64,000 bases of DNA, taken from an uncultured Gemmataceae bacterium. Its GTDB lineage: Bacteria; Planctomycetota; Planctomycetia; Gemmatales; Gemmataceae. Shown here in pieces: positions 48,523 to 58,511 of this stretch (position 1 is its first letter; each line of letters begins with the position of its first letter). The DNA lies in NCBI GenBank assembly GCA_963750165.1, contig CAVVPN010000011.1, forward strand, positions 1,248,001 to 1,312,000, given 5' to 3'. The notes beneath the pieces were generated by a model. The model was not told the DNA's origin. It saw nothing but the letters and a program-made list of their open reading frames with translations, and ran no database searches. The position numbers were made by a program, and so were the translations under genes.

Positions 48523-49730
48523 ATGGCCGCGGATTCGCTCTTCCCCCCTCGCTCCCCGGACGGCCCTATTCATGTGCCCGTCCTGGACGGTCTGCGCGGC
48601 CTGGCCATCCTGCTCGTGCTGCTGCACCACTTCGCCAACGTCTACGCCCCGAGCGCCTGGACGCGCAACGCCTGGCACCGCGTCGTCGGCTCCGGCTGGT
48701 GCGGCGTCGATCTATTCTTCGTGCTGTCCGGCTTCCTCATCACCGGCATCCTCCACGACGCCCGCCGCGGCCCCGGCTACTTCCGCAATTTCTACATGCG
48801 CCGCGTCCTGCGCATCTTCCCGCTCTATTACGGTGTCCTCGCCGCGCTGTTCCTGGCCTATCCGCTGCTCGCCGGCTCTCACCAGCGCTTCGCGGCGCTG
48901 GCCGAACACCAGCCGTGGCTGTGGCTGTACGCCCAGAACTTCAAGGTCATACTCAGCGGCGACTGGGTGCCTTGCGGCATGAACCATTTCTGGTCGCTGG
49001 CGGTCGAGGAGCAGTTTTATCTCTTCTGGCCGTTCGTCGTCTTCGCCTGCCGCCGACGGACCCTGCTGCACGTGAGCGTGGCCCTAGTGGTTCTGGCCCT
49101 GGCGGTGCGCATCGGCCTGCAGACGCGCGGGCGCTGCCGTCGGCGGTGTACGTGTTCACGCTGAGTCGGCTGGACGGGTTCGGGGCAGGGGCGGTCGTCG
49201 CACTGCTGCTGCGCGGCGGTTTGGGAAGGGCGGTCGTCGCGCGCGGCGGCCGGGCGGTCGCGGTCGTCTGCGGCGCGCTGCTGGCTGGCGTCTGGGCGCA
49301 GGCGGGCTATCTGGAATGGTCCGACCGACTGGTGCAGACGGTCGGCTTCACGGTCATCGCACTGTTCTTCGCTGGCGTGCTGGCCTGGGCAGTCGCGGCG
49401 CAGCCGGGCAAATTGGTGCAGCGCCTGCTGGGCGTCGCGCCGCTGCGGTGGCTGGCGAAGTACAGTTACGGCATTTACGTGCTGCACTTCCCGCTGCTGG
49501 CGCTGTTCGTGAAGCACGTGCAGCCGCGGTCCTGTCCGGCGCCACTGCGGCCGTTGCTGGAGCCGCACTTCAAGCTGGTCTTTTTCCTGACCGCCTCCGG
49601 CGTCTCCATCGTGCTGGCGGTGTTGACCTACCACCTGTTCGAGAAGCACTTCCTGAAGCTCAAGCGCTACTTCCCACAGGCGGCCGCGCTCCCGCCGGTC
49701 GAGTCGGTGGTTGTCCGGCAGGCGGCGTGA
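48523..49730 (+). CDS. Acyltransferase-3 (OafA-like) membrane O-acyltransferase; apparent frameshift near 49130
   Basis: LDGLRGLA, GVDLFFVLSGFLI, RRVLRIFPLY, HFWSLAVEEQFY; then SYGIYVLH, YHLFEK in the next frame. Confidence 0.9.
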
Positions 49731-49733
49731 GTG

Positions 49734-49997
49734 CTACTTCTTGCCTTCCAGTTCCTTGACCAGTTCCGCGACCAGCGCCGGGTTGGCCTGTTTGCGCAGG
49801 TGGTCGATGCGCGTCTGCGGCACCTTGAGCTTTTGCAGCGCGCTGGCGACCAACTCCCAGGTGCGCTCCAGCTTCTTGCCCTTCGACAGATACAGCTCGC
49901 CGACCAGCTCCGCCAACCGTTGCAGCGAAATGGTGTCGAGGTTGTTGTAGTAGCGCTTGATGATCTTCTGCTGGTGAGGGGTGAAGTCCTGCGGCAT
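49734..49997 (-). CDS. Small helical hypothetical protein
   Basis: MPQDFTPHQQKIIKRYYNN...; RBS GGAG; host-like codon use. Confidence 0.75.
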   Translation of the reverse strand: MPQDFTPHQQKIIKRYYNNLDTISLQRLAELVGELYLSKGKKLERTWELVASALQKLKVPQTRIDHLRKQANPALVAELVKELEGKK

Positions 49998-50148
49998 GAG
50001 GGTGGCTCCGATGAGGGCGAAAATCCGGGGCCGGCACCGCCGCGCCGGCCGTGCAGCGTATGATGCCCGCCCCTGGCGGTCTCCACAAGGCCGACCGTCC
50101 GCACCATCGCCGCGCGAGGGGAACGGAAGCAGTCGGAGCCAAGTCCGG

Positions 50149-50565
50149 TTACTCGGCGGAGGCCGCTGCCAGCGCCAGGTCGGCCGTCCACTGCGTGCGC
50201 CGCTGGCGAAGGGTTTGGGTGAATTCCTGAACGCGCTGACGCAGGCGCGGCGGCAGGTCGTGCTGCGCCAGGAGTTGATCGCCCAGGCAGATGGCCTCAT
50301 AGAAATTGCCTGCCTGGGCCCAGCAGCCAGCGGCACTGAACAGGTGCAGCCGACTTTTTTCGTGCAATCCCTGCCCGGCACACAACTCGCCAAGCCGCTC
50401 CTCCAGCGCGGCGGCCCGGGCAAACCGATCCGCGGCGGCGTCCGGTTGCTGCTGGTCGCGGAGCAGCCGCCCTTCCAGAATCAGGTTGGATTTCAGGGCC
50501 TCGTCGGCCGCGAAGTCGGCGTTCAACCCGTGCCGTGCAATGCCCTTCAACGGGCGCTGGCTCAT
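50149..50565 (-). CDS. Helical (TPR-like) hypothetical protein
   Basis: MSQRPLKG... 138 aa; RBS GGAGAGG; ATGA overlap with the upstream gene. Confidence 0.65.
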   Translation of the reverse strand: MSQRPLKGIARHGLNADFAADEALKSNLILEGRLLRDQQQPDAAADRFARAAALEERLGELCAGQGLHEKSRLHLFSAAGCWAQAGNFYEAICLGDQLLAQHDLPPRLRQRVQEFTQTLRQRRTQWTADLALAAASAE

Positions 50566-51268
50566 GGTGCCCTCTCCGCAAATCGGTGGAAGGAGAAAAT
50601 CACGCGCCGGGTCGCAAACCCGACCACGACCACGTAGCCGTCCGCACCGTATGGGTTTTCCAGCAGTTGCTGCACTTTCTCGCGGTGGCGGGCCTCCAGG
50701 TTGTCCAGCGTGCTGCTCCAGGTGTGCAGCCGCGGGCGCACGCGGTGGAACGCCGCGGTGATGGCGCGGCGTCGCCGCTGAACAGGTTCCAGACAACGTT
50801 CTGCGCCGCCTCCGGCATCTCGCGCAGCACCAGGACGCGGACGGTGTCCATGCCCCATACAACATCGTAGGCGCCCGGCCCGCGCTCCTGCAAGACGACC
50901 TGGCCCGCCAGCTGCCGGGGGAACTGCATGCTCGCCGCCAGCAGCCGGAACTGTCCCTCCGGCAGCAGCGCGTCGAGGTTCGGACTGATCCGTTTACGAT
51001 AGTTGACGCCGTGCGACGCCAGCTCTTTCAGCGCCCAGGCGTTGAGCGGATCCTGCAGTGCCTTGAACGTCAGCAGGTTGTACTCTACCGGCTCTCCGAA
51101 CCCGTCCGGCCAGACCAGCGCCGTCACGACCTCGTCACGGCGCAGGATGATGAGGTCGAGGAGTTGCTTCTGCAGCGACAGGTCCACCTCCACGTCCACC
51201 TGCCAGCCAGTGCCCGCGAAGTACTGCGTCAACGCCATGCCGAAGATTCGGTGCCACTGGACCGCCAT
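50562..51268 (-). CDS. Hypothetical protein, possible PD-(D/E)XK-like fold; apparent frameshift near 50767
   Basis: MAVQWHRIFG...VEVDLSLQKQLLDLIILR...NLLTFK; RBS GGAGGGAG. Confidence 0.6.
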
Positions 51269-51312
51269 GACTCCCTCCGTGAAGCGCGTCCGTCGATCCG
51301 GTTCGCATCCCC

Positions 51313-52614
51313 TCAGCGCGACAACGCCCGCACCAGCAGCAGCACCAGCCCCAGCAGCACCAGCGCCAGCGCTCCCAGGCCCGCGACCGCCACCCACAAC
51401 CAGTTGCCCCACGTCGCCGGCTGCCACAACTGCGGCCCCGTCTTCGACCGCGGCGCCGGTGGCTCATCCAGGTCGAACGCGAACTCCGACAGCGCCGGCG
51501 CTGCCGCCTCGGCCACCGGCACCGGCGGCGCCGGCGGCGCATCAATGAACAGCGGCAGCAGGTCCGCGGCCGCCGCGCCCGCCTGCGGATAGCGCTGGTC
51601 CGGCTGCCGGGCCATCATGCGCCGCACCACCCAGGCCAGCGCCGGCGGCACCTCCGGCCGCACCTGCTCGACCGGCTCGGGCTCGTCCAGCTGGTGGTGC
51701 ATCATCTTCTCGATGGCGCTGCCGCCGGGGAACGGCGGTCGCCCGGTCAGCGCGAAGTACAGCGTGCAGCCAAGGCTGTACACGTCGCTGCGGGCGTCGG
51801 CCAGGCGGCTGTCGCGGGCCTGTTCGGGGGCCAGATAATCGGCGGTGCCCAGGACCGTGCCCAGTTTCGTCAGCGCCGGCCGGCCGTCGCCCGCCGCCGG
51901 CTCCTCGTCGTCCAGCAGCCGGGCCAGCCCCAGGTCGAGAATCTTGACGACGTTCGCCTGCCGCACCGCAGTCCGGCTGGCCGGTGCCGGTCCCGCCGTT
52001 TCGGGGGCGCCGATCATCAGGTTGCTCGGCTTGATGTCGCGGTGGACCAGGCCGTGGTCGTGGACGTGCTGCAGACCCTGCGCGGCCTGGTAGATGAAGT
52101 TGCACGCCTGGGTGATCGGCAGCGGCCCGTGCTGCTTGACCAGCCGCGACAGGTCGGTGCCGGGCACGTACTGCATCGCGAAATAGTACAGCTCGCCGAA
52201 CTGATCCACGTCGTAAGCACGGACGATGTTGGGGTGCGACAGCTTGGCCGCGGCCGCCGCCTCGCGCAGGAAGCGCTGCAGCGCGATGGCGTTGGTGACC
52301 CGCTCGGGTCGGATGATTTTCACGGCGTCGATGCGGCCGACGCGGCCGTGGCGGGCCTTGAAGACCTGGCCCATGCCGCCCTCGCCCAGCCGCTCCAGAA
52401 CGCGGTACGGCCCAACCACCAGCTGCTGGCCCTTGCCCGTCAAGAGCAGGTTCGCCTGGTAGGGCGTGAGCAGGTCGTGGCGGATGAGTTCCCGCGCCAG
52501 CACGCGGCCGTCGGGCAGGCGCTGGCTGAGTTCGAGGAGGTGACGCTGCTGCGGCTCCTGCTCGGGCCAGAGCCCCAGGGTGCGCAACTGAGTAACGAGG
52601 GTGTTGCTGTCCAT
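51313..52614 (-). CDS. Ser/Thr protein kinase with C-terminal TM helix
   Basis: GEGGMGQV, HPNIV, HRDIKPSN, DLG, YLAPEQ. Confidence 0.93.
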   Translation of the reverse strand: MDSNTLVTQLRTLGLWPEQEPQQRHLLELSQRLPDGRVLARELIRHDLLTPYQANLLLTGKGQQLVVGPYRVLERLGEGGMGQVFKARHGRVGRIDAVKIIRPERVTNAIALQRFLREAAAAAKLSHPNIVRAYDVDQFGELYYFAMQYVPGTDLSRLVKQHGPLPITQACNFIYQAAQGLQHVHDHGLVHRDIKPSNLMIGAPETAGPAPASRTAVRQANVVKILDLGLARLLDDEEPAAGDGRPALTKLGTVLGTADYLAPEQARDSRLADARSDVYSLGCTLYFALTGRPPFPGGSAIEKMMHHQLDEPEPVEQVRPEVPPALAWVVRRMMARQPDQRYPQAGAAAADLLPLFIDAPPAPPVPVAEAAAPALSEFAFDLDEPPAPRSKTGPQLWQPATWGNWLWVAVAGLGALALVLLGLVLLLVRALSR

Positions 52615-52777
52615 CCGCGGCGTTCCGAAGCGAGGCTGACGGGTGTTCCGGAGGTTGTATTGTGGCAGCGGCCTGGGGCGGTCGCAAGGGAAAACACGCG
52701 GCCGGTTCCTCTTCGCCAGGGAGCCGACTGTTGTTAGGATGTCTCGGCGTCGCCTGGACTATCTCGGAGGAAAAGTC

Positions 52778-53383
52778 ATGGCCAGCCCGACTGCCACCGT
52801 CCTGCCCTGGGGAGGGTATCAATCCATACGGCGGTTTTCGGTGGACGAGTATCACCGGATGATCGAAACCGGCATTCTCGAAGAAGACGATCCGGTTGAA
52901 TTGCTGGAAGGCTATCTGGTGCTGAAGATGACACGCAACCCACCGCACGACGGCACGATCATGCTCATCGAATCCACCCTGGACACGCACATTCCCGTGG
53001 GATGGGTCACGCGCACGCAATCCGCACTCACTTTGTCCGACAGCCAGCCGGAACCGGACGTGGCCGTGGTGCGGGGGGACGAGCGCAGTTATCTGACCCG
53101 GCATCCCGGGCCAGTGGATGTTGGGTTGCTCGTGGAAGTGGCCGACGCTTCCCTGGACCGCGACCGCATCGACAAGGCACGCGTCTACGCCCGCGCCGGC
53201 ATTCCGATCTACTGGGTCGTCAACCTGGTGGATGGCTGCATTGAGGTGTTCACCGGCCCGTCCGGTGCGACGTCCATACCGGACTACGCCCAGCGGCAAG
53301 ACTTCGCACCCGGCGCCGACATCCCGTTCATCCTCGGCGGCACGACCGTGGCGGCCATCCCCGTGAGCGACCTGCTGCCCTAA
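52778..53383 (+). CDS. Uma2 family (DUF820) putative endonuclease
   Basis: Close paralogue of 12498..13103; RBS GGAGG. Confidence 0.9.
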   Translation: MASPTATVLPWGGYQSIRRFSVDEYHRMIETGILEEDDPVELLEGYLVLKMTRNPPHDGTIMLIESTLDTHIPVGWVTRTQSALTLSDSQPEPDVAVVRGDERSYLTRHPGPVDVGLLVEVADASLDRDRIDKARVYARAGIPIYWVVNLVDGCIEVFTGPSGATSIPDYAQRQDFAPGADIPFILGGTTVAAIPVSDLLP

Positions 53384-53392
53384 GCGGATCGC

Positions 53393-54580
53393 TCACAGCG
53401 ACAAAATCGGCACCACCGCCGTCTGCAGCGGGCCGCCGGTCACATGCACCTTGCCCTCGCCGTCCACGAACACGTTGGTTTCGCTGCGGACGCCGAACTC
53501 CGGCAAATAAATGCCCGGCTCCACCGAGAAGCACGTCCGCGGCAGCACGCGCCGCTCCTCGTGTGTCTCCAGGTTGTCCATGTTGGCACCGTTGCCGTGC
53601 GTCTCCTGGCCGATGGAATGGCCGGTGCGATGGCAGAAGTATGCCCCCTGCCCCGCCCTGTCGATCACGTCGCGCGCCGCCTGATCCACCTCCCAGCCCT
53701 GCAACGTCCTGTTCGCGGCGAAGGCGTCACGCACCTTCTGGATCGCCGCGTCGCGGGCGGCGGCCACCACGTTGAAAACCCGCGTGTACTTCTCCGGCAC
53801 CGCCGTGCCCACGAAGCCGGTCCACGTCAGATCGCTGTACACCGCCCGCGGTTTGTCCAGCTTGGCCCACAGGTCGATCAGCACGAAATCGCCGGCACGG
53901 ATCGGCGCGTCGCTGGCCGGGCTGGGTGCGTAGTGCGGGTCGCCGCTGTGGGCGTTGACGGCGCAAATCGGCGGATGGTCCGTCACCAGCCGGTGCTGCC
54001 GGAAGTGCTCAAGGATGCGCTGCTGCACCTCCGTCTCGCGGACACTGCCCTGTGCCCGCACCCGCTCGGCGATGAATCGGAAGGCCGCGTCGAAGGCTGA
54101 GCAGGTGTGCTGGGCCGCCTCCAGGTGCATGGCCCACTGCGCGTCGTCCCAGCACGCCTCGAATAGCTGGATCAGGTCGCCGGACGACTGCACCTCCACG
54201 CCGAAGGACCGCACCAACTCGACGGTGCCGGCATCAACGCGCGAGACGTAGGGGTTGGCGTTTCGCGGCACGTACTCCATCGCCAGGTGTTTCATGCCGC
54301 GCACCAGGGAGCCGACGCCCGTCTCGAACTCCTGCCAGCGCAGGTACACTTCCCGGCCGCCGGGCAGGTGGTCCAGGGCGTGCGGTTCGATGTGGTGGAC
54401 CAGCTTGAGCGGCTCGCCGGTGCGCGGGATCAGGTAGAACCAGCGCCGCGACAGCAGGGCGCCGCTGTCCAGGCCGAGCACGCGGCGGGCCAGCACGTTC
54501 AGGCCGCGGAAGTCGTACAGCAGCCAGCCGTCGAGGTTGAGGTCGGTCAGGGCGCTTTGCACTGCGGTCAGGTCGAACAT
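53393..54580 (-). CDS. M24 family (Xaa-Pro) metallopeptidase
   Basis: DPHY, LIDLWAK, YSDLT, HRTGHSIG, FSVEPGIY, GVRSE. Confidence 0.9.
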   Translation of the reverse strand: MFDLTAVQSALTDLNLDGWLLYDFRGLNVLARRVLGLDSGALLSRRWFYLIPRTGEPLKLVHHIEPHALDHLPGGREVYLRWQEFETGVGSLVRGMKHLAMEYVPRNANPYVSRVDAGTVELVRSFGVEVQSSGDLIQLFEACWDDAQWAMHLEAAQHTCSAFDAAFRFIAERVRAQGSVRETEVQQRILEHFRQHRLVTDHPPICAVNAHSGDPHYAPSPASDAPIRAGDFVLIDLWAKLDKPRAVYSDLTWTGFVGTAVPEKYTRVFNVVAAARDAAIQKVRDAFAANRTLQGWEVDQAARDVIDRAGQGAYFCHRTGHSIGQETHGNGANMDNLETHEERRVLPRTCFSVEPGIYLPEFGVRSETNVFVDGEGKVHVTGGPLQTAVVPILSL

Positions 54581-54760
54581 GGCTCGGCTCCTTTCGCGGG
54601 CGGTCCCGGAGGCGCAATATACGGCCGGCCGGCGTCGGGGACACTGCCCAAGATTCAAGAATTTCGCCCGCTTCCCGTCGAGGCCGGTTTTCCGTAGACC
54701 GTCGCTGCGGTCGCCCCCGGCCCGGCAGGCCGGCACCCTGCCGACTCGAGGAGGTTGAAC

Positions 54761-55168
54761 ATGCGCGGAATCCTGGCCTGTGTGCTGCTCGGGTTGCTCG
54801 CCGTCGGCGCCGCCCCGGGCGGGGACGCCAAGACGGACATGGCCAAACTCAAGGGCAAATGGACCGGCGAATGGAAGGGCGAAAAGGTCACCCTCACCCT
54901 GGACAAGGACAAGTTCACCTTCGCCTTCGGGGACAAGGCCGAGTTCAAGGGCACCTTCAAGATCAACCCGTCCAAGAAGCCCAAACAGATGGACCTGGCC
55001 GTCAAGGAAGGCCCCATGTACGAGGGCCAGACCGCCCTGGCCATCTACCACGTGGACGGCGACACGCTCAAGTGGCACGCGAACAATCCGGGCAATGACC
55101 AGCGGCCCAAGGAGTTCCCCAAGGAGGAGGGCGAGCATCTGTACGTGATTTTCAAACGCAGCAAGTAA
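54761..55168 (+). CDS. TIGR03067 planctomycete domain protein
   Basis: Signal peptide, DMAKLKGKW, KKPKQMDL, AIYHVDGDTLK, RPKEF. Confidence 0.88.
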   Translation: MRGILACVLLGLLAVGAAPGGDAKTDMAKLKGKWTGEWKGEKVTLTLDKDKFTFAFGDKAEFKGTFKINPSKKPKQMDLAVKEGPMYEGQTALAIYHVDGDTLKWHANNPGNDQRPKEFPKEEGEHLYVIFKRSK

Positions 55169-55193
55169 CCAGGCAGCGGCCCAGTGGTCTGGC

Positions 55194-55250
55194 CGTGGTG
55201 CAGGCGTCGCGCCTGCGGGGTGCGCCCGCAGGCGCGACGCCTGCACCACG
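55194..55250. repeat. GTGG-type REP doublet
   Basis: CGTGGTGCAGGCGTCGCGCCTGC...GCAGGCGCGACGCCTGCACCACG. Confidence 0.8.
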
Positions 55251-55404
55251 ACCCAGGCAGGGACCGGCGCGACAGCTTGTCGGCGCCGGTCGATAGATTA
55301 ACCCGAGATTAAAAAGCGGGAGTTTCCATTTGCCAACGACGGGGGCGGCGGGTAGCTTGAAGAACACTTCTACTTCTTTCTTCTCTTCAACCCCGAGGTG
55401 TCTC

Positions 55405-56328
55405 ATGATACAAACGACGGGAAGATGCCGTCCCGGCTTCACGTTGATCGAGTTACTGGTGGTGATTGCGATCATCGCCATCCTGATCGGCCTGCTCCTG
55501 CCCGCCGTCCAGAAGGTCCGCGAGGCGGCCGCCCGCTCCCAGTGCCAGAACAACCTCAAGCAGTGGGGGCTGGCCATACACAACTACATCGGCGTTTACA
55601 AGGCGCTGCCGCCAGGCGCCACCAGCAGCCCAAGGCACACCTTCGTCATCCACCTGTGGCCGTACTTCGAGCAGGACACGCTGGCGGGCATCTACAACCT
55701 CACCCTCCCCTTCTACCAGGCACCGAACACGGTGACGAGCACGACCAACGGGGCCTGTGCCCAGCCGGTGCCGATGTACTACTGCCCCAGCGACCGGCCT
55801 GGCGCCTACTGGAAAGGCGACATTTACTGGCGGTGTCGGGGCAATTACCTGGTGAACTGGGGCCCCATCACCCAGCCGTTTTCAAACGGCTTTTCGGCTC
55901 CCCCGAAGGCGCCGTTCGGCTGGATCAACGACGTTAACTCCCAGCCCGATAAGATCCGCCTCAACGACATCCGGGACGGCACCTCCAACACGCTGATGAT
56001 GTCGGAAGTCATCCTGGCCGTGAACGACGCTGATTGGGACACGCACGGCGATTTCATGAACGACGACGCCAACTACATGACCTTCGAGTTCATGACCGTC
56101 AACACGCCCAACGGTGGGGCGGATGTGACGAGCACGTGCATCTCGAACCCGCAGGTGCCGTGCAGCAATGGTTCGCCGATGCAGCAGGCCGCGCGCAGCC
56201 GGCACGTCGGCGGCGTGAACGTGCTGCTCTGCGACGGCAGCGTGCGCTTCGTGGACAACGGCATCGCCCTGGCCACGTGGCGGGCGCTGAGCACCATCAA
56301 CGGCGGCGAAGTCGTCGGCGACTATTGA
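55405..56328 (+). CDS. DUF1559 prepilin-type N-terminal cleavage / H-X9-DG domain protein
   Basis: [54 protein letters not shown]. Confidence 0.93.
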   Translation: MIQTTGRCRPGFTLIELLVVIAIIAILIGLLLPAVQKVREAAARSQCQNNLKQWGLAIHNYIGVYKALPPGATSSPRHTFVIHLWPYFEQDTLAGIYNLTLPFYQAPNTVTSTTNGACAQPVPMYYCPSDRPGAYWKGDIYWRCRGNYLVNWGPITQPFSNGFSAPPKAPFGWINDVNSQPDKIRLNDIRDGTSNTLMMSEVILAVNDADWDTHGDFMNDDANYMTFEFMTVNTPNGGADVTSTCISNPQVPCSNGSPMQQAARSRHVGGVNVLLCDGSVRFVDNGIALATWRALSTINGGEVVGDY

Positions 56329-56342
56329 GCGGAGGCGTGGCC

Positions 56343-56774
56343 GTGAGTTTCTCCGATGTTCAGCAATCCCAACGGCGGTGCTTCCTCCTGCTCGTGCTGG
56401 CGGGTGCCCTGGCCCTCGTGGGCTGTGGCGACGACGGCAAGGCCGTGGTGAAGGGCCGCGTCACCCTGGACGGCGAGCCCGTGCCCAACGGCATCGTTCA
56501 GTTCTTCCCCGAGGACAAGAAGAGCCCCTCGGGCAAGCCCGGCATCATCGAGAACGGCACCTACACCGCCTCGGGCGTGCCGATCGGCAAGGTGCGTGTG
56601 GTCGTCAACTCGTCCCAGGTCGTCGGCAAGAAAAAGGCGGACGAAAAGCCCGAAAGCCCGATGGTCGATGTTCACAAGGAAATGATTCCCGCCAAGTACC
56701 ACAGTCCGAGCATTCTCGTGAAGGAGATCAAACCGGGCGCGAACGAAATCAACCTGGAATTGACGACGAAATAG
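56343..56774 (+). CDS. Lipoprotein typically following DUF1559 genes (carboxypeptidase-regulatory-like fold)
   Basis: Lipobox LVGC, VKGRVTLDGEP, IPAKY, GANEINLEL. Confidence 0.85.
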   Translation: MSFSDVQQSQRRCFLLLVLAGALALVGCGDDGKAVVKGRVTLDGEPVPNGIVQFFPEDKKSPSGKPGIIENGTYTASGVPIGKVRVVVNSSQVVGKKKADEKPESPMVDVHKEMIPAKYHSPSILVKEIKPGANEINLELTTK

Positions 56775-56846
56775 GGTGGGGATGTCCAACAACCTGGGGC
56801 CAGCGCGGTTTTGCCAACCGCGCTGGCCCCGGGCTTTTCCGATGCG

Positions 56847-57374
56847 CTAATCGCTCGATTGGTGCCGACGGTTCGGCCCCGCCTTGCGCCCGGCGCCCTT
56901 TTCCGCCTGCGGGCGCAGGCGCTGCGTCGATTCGTGCAGCACCCGCTGCGACTCGGCCAGGAAGTCCAGGATGGTCACCAGTTGCTCGTCGCGGTAGCGC
57001 GCGCCCAACTCGGCGACCGCGGCCCCGAGGTGTTCAAACAACCGGCCAATCCGGCGGCAGCGGCGGGCAACCGGCCGGACGATGACGCGACGGCGATCGC
57101 GCGGGTCATCGACGCGGCGGGCGTAACCGGCCCGTTCCAGGCGGTCGATGGCGCTGGTGATGGCGCCGGTGGTCAGGCCGGTGCGGTCGGCAAGTTCGCC
57201 GGCGGTCAGCGGCCCGGCGGTGGCGAGCAGGTCCAGGCACTTGTGGTCCGTGGCGTTCAGGCCCAGACAGTCGGCGACCGTCTGGTGGAACATGATGGTG
57301 GCAGCGCTCAACTGCCGCCCCGCCTGCAACAGGGCCGCCACCAACTCCGCCCGGCTCGAAGCCTCCCTTGACAT
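56847..57374 (-). CDS. MarR family transcriptional regulator
   Basis: GLNATDHKCLD, TAGELA, IDRLERAG, DPRDRRRV. Confidence 0.9.
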   Translation of the reverse strand: MSREASSRAELVAALLQAGRQLSAATIMFHQTVADCLGLNATDHKCLDLLATAGPLTAGELADRTGLTTGAITSAIDRLERAGYARRVDDPRDRRRVIVRPVARRCRRIGRLFEHLGAAVAELGARYRDEQLVTILDFLAESQRVLHESTQRLRPQAEKGAGRKAGPNRRHQSSD

Positions 57375-57404
57375 CGTGAACCCTTCGTCTTAGCATCTGA
57401 TTAT

Positions 57405-57433
57405 CTCAATTTTCAAGATAATTGAAAACTGAG
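57405..57433. promoter_or_regulatory. Probable MarR operator
   Basis: CTCAATTTTCAA-N5-TTGAAAACTGAG (one mismatch) between divergent genes. Confidence 0.65.
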
Positions 57434-57508
57434 GGAATGTTCCAGGTCATTGTAGCCGGGGACGCACGGCGCGTCCCGGCGCTGCCACCACGCACAGGGA
57501 GAGCGACA

Positions 57509-58174
57509 ATGGCGACGGCCACGAAGAAGGGTTACAAGGGCCTGCCGCTGGAGGGTTGGTCCGCGCGCTGGTACGCGCGGACGACGGCGCGCGACCTCGA
57601 CCAGTACAAGGCCCTGGCCGCGGCGCTGGCGGCGCGGCTGCCGGCTGGCGGTGACGTGCTGGAGGTCGCCCCCGGGCCGGGCTACCTGGCCATCGAGTTG
57701 GCCCGCCGCAGCGACTTCCGCGTCACCGGGTTGGACATCAGCAAGACGTTCGTGCGCATGGCCGCCGAGAACGCGCAAAAGGCGGGCGTGCGCGTCGAGT
57801 TCCGACTGGGCGACGCGGCGGCGCTGCCGTTCGCGGAGGCGGCGTTTGATCTCATCGTGTGCCGGGCAGCGTTCAAGAATTTTACCGAACCGGTGCAGGC
57901 GCTGCGCGAGATGCACCGGGTGCTGCGGCCGGGCGGCGTGGCGCTCATCATCGACCTGCGGCCGGACGCCGCGACCGCCGACATTGACGCCTATGTGAAA
58001 AGTCTGGGGCTCGGTTGGTTCAATGCGCTGCTGACGAAATGGATTTTCCGGCACGTGCTGCTGAAGCGGGCGTATTCGCCGGAGCAGTTCCGCCAAATGG
58101 CCGCGGAGACGCCGTTCCGGACGTGCGCGATCAAGCCGGACCTGATCGGCCTGGAGGTAACGCTGCACCGGTGA
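57509..58174 (+). CDS. Class I SAM-dependent methyltransferase
   Basis: VLEVAPGPG, GLDIS, GDAAALPF, RVLRPGG. Confidence 0.9.
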   Translation: MATATKKGYKGLPLEGWSARWYARTTARDLDQYKALAAALAARLPAGGDVLEVAPGPGYLAIELARRSDFRVTGLDISKTFVRMAAENAQKAGVRVEFRLGDAAALPFAEAAFDLIVCRAAFKNFTEPVQALREMHRVLRPGGVALIIDLRPDAATADIDAYVKSLGLGWFNALLTKWIFRHVLLKRAYSPEQFRQMAAETPFRTCAIKPDLIGLEVTLHR

Positions 58175-58254
58175 ACGCCAGTAGCGCGGCGGTCGCTCTG
58201 CCAGGTGGGAGCGAAGCAGCCACGCCAGGTTCGCGTGGTCCGCCATGAGTCCGG

Positions 58255-58488
58255 TCAGGAACTCGGCGCGGCGGTGTCGCGTTTCGCAGGGAGGAGCACC
58301 AGTTGGTCTTCGCGCACCTCGACAAAAGCCGGTTCCGGTTCTTCGTCAATCCGAATGCGATAAATATGCGCCCCACCCGGTCCCAGCGGGCCGCGGAGTT
58401 CGACAATCATTCCGTGCGAGTTGGAGCGGCGTATTTTGACGAGATTCCCCAGCTTCATGCGGGGTGGAGCAGGTTGCTTTTCCCCCAT
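58255..58488 (-). CDS. Small beta-rich (SH3/KOW-like) hypothetical protein
   Basis: MGEKQP...KLGNLVKIRR...GMIVELRGPLGPGG...EVREDQL; RBS AAGGAGG. Confidence 0.65.
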   Translation of the reverse strand: MGEKQPAPPRMKLGNLVKIRRSNSHGMIVELRGPLGPGGAHIYRIRIDEEPEPAFVEVREDQLVLLPAKRDTAAPSS

Positions 58489-58511
58489 CACCAAACCCTC
58501 CTTTCGCGGCA

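Noticed and set aside
52778..53383. The two Uma2 paralogues (with 12498..13103) as a mobile element
   Set aside because: No terminal repeats or target duplications seen; this family is commonly multicopy in Planctomycetes
53393..55249. 618-aa ORF as a fusion protein
   Set aside because: The upstream part is antisense to the TIGR03067 gene; the peptidase starts at 54580 after an AAAGGAG RBS
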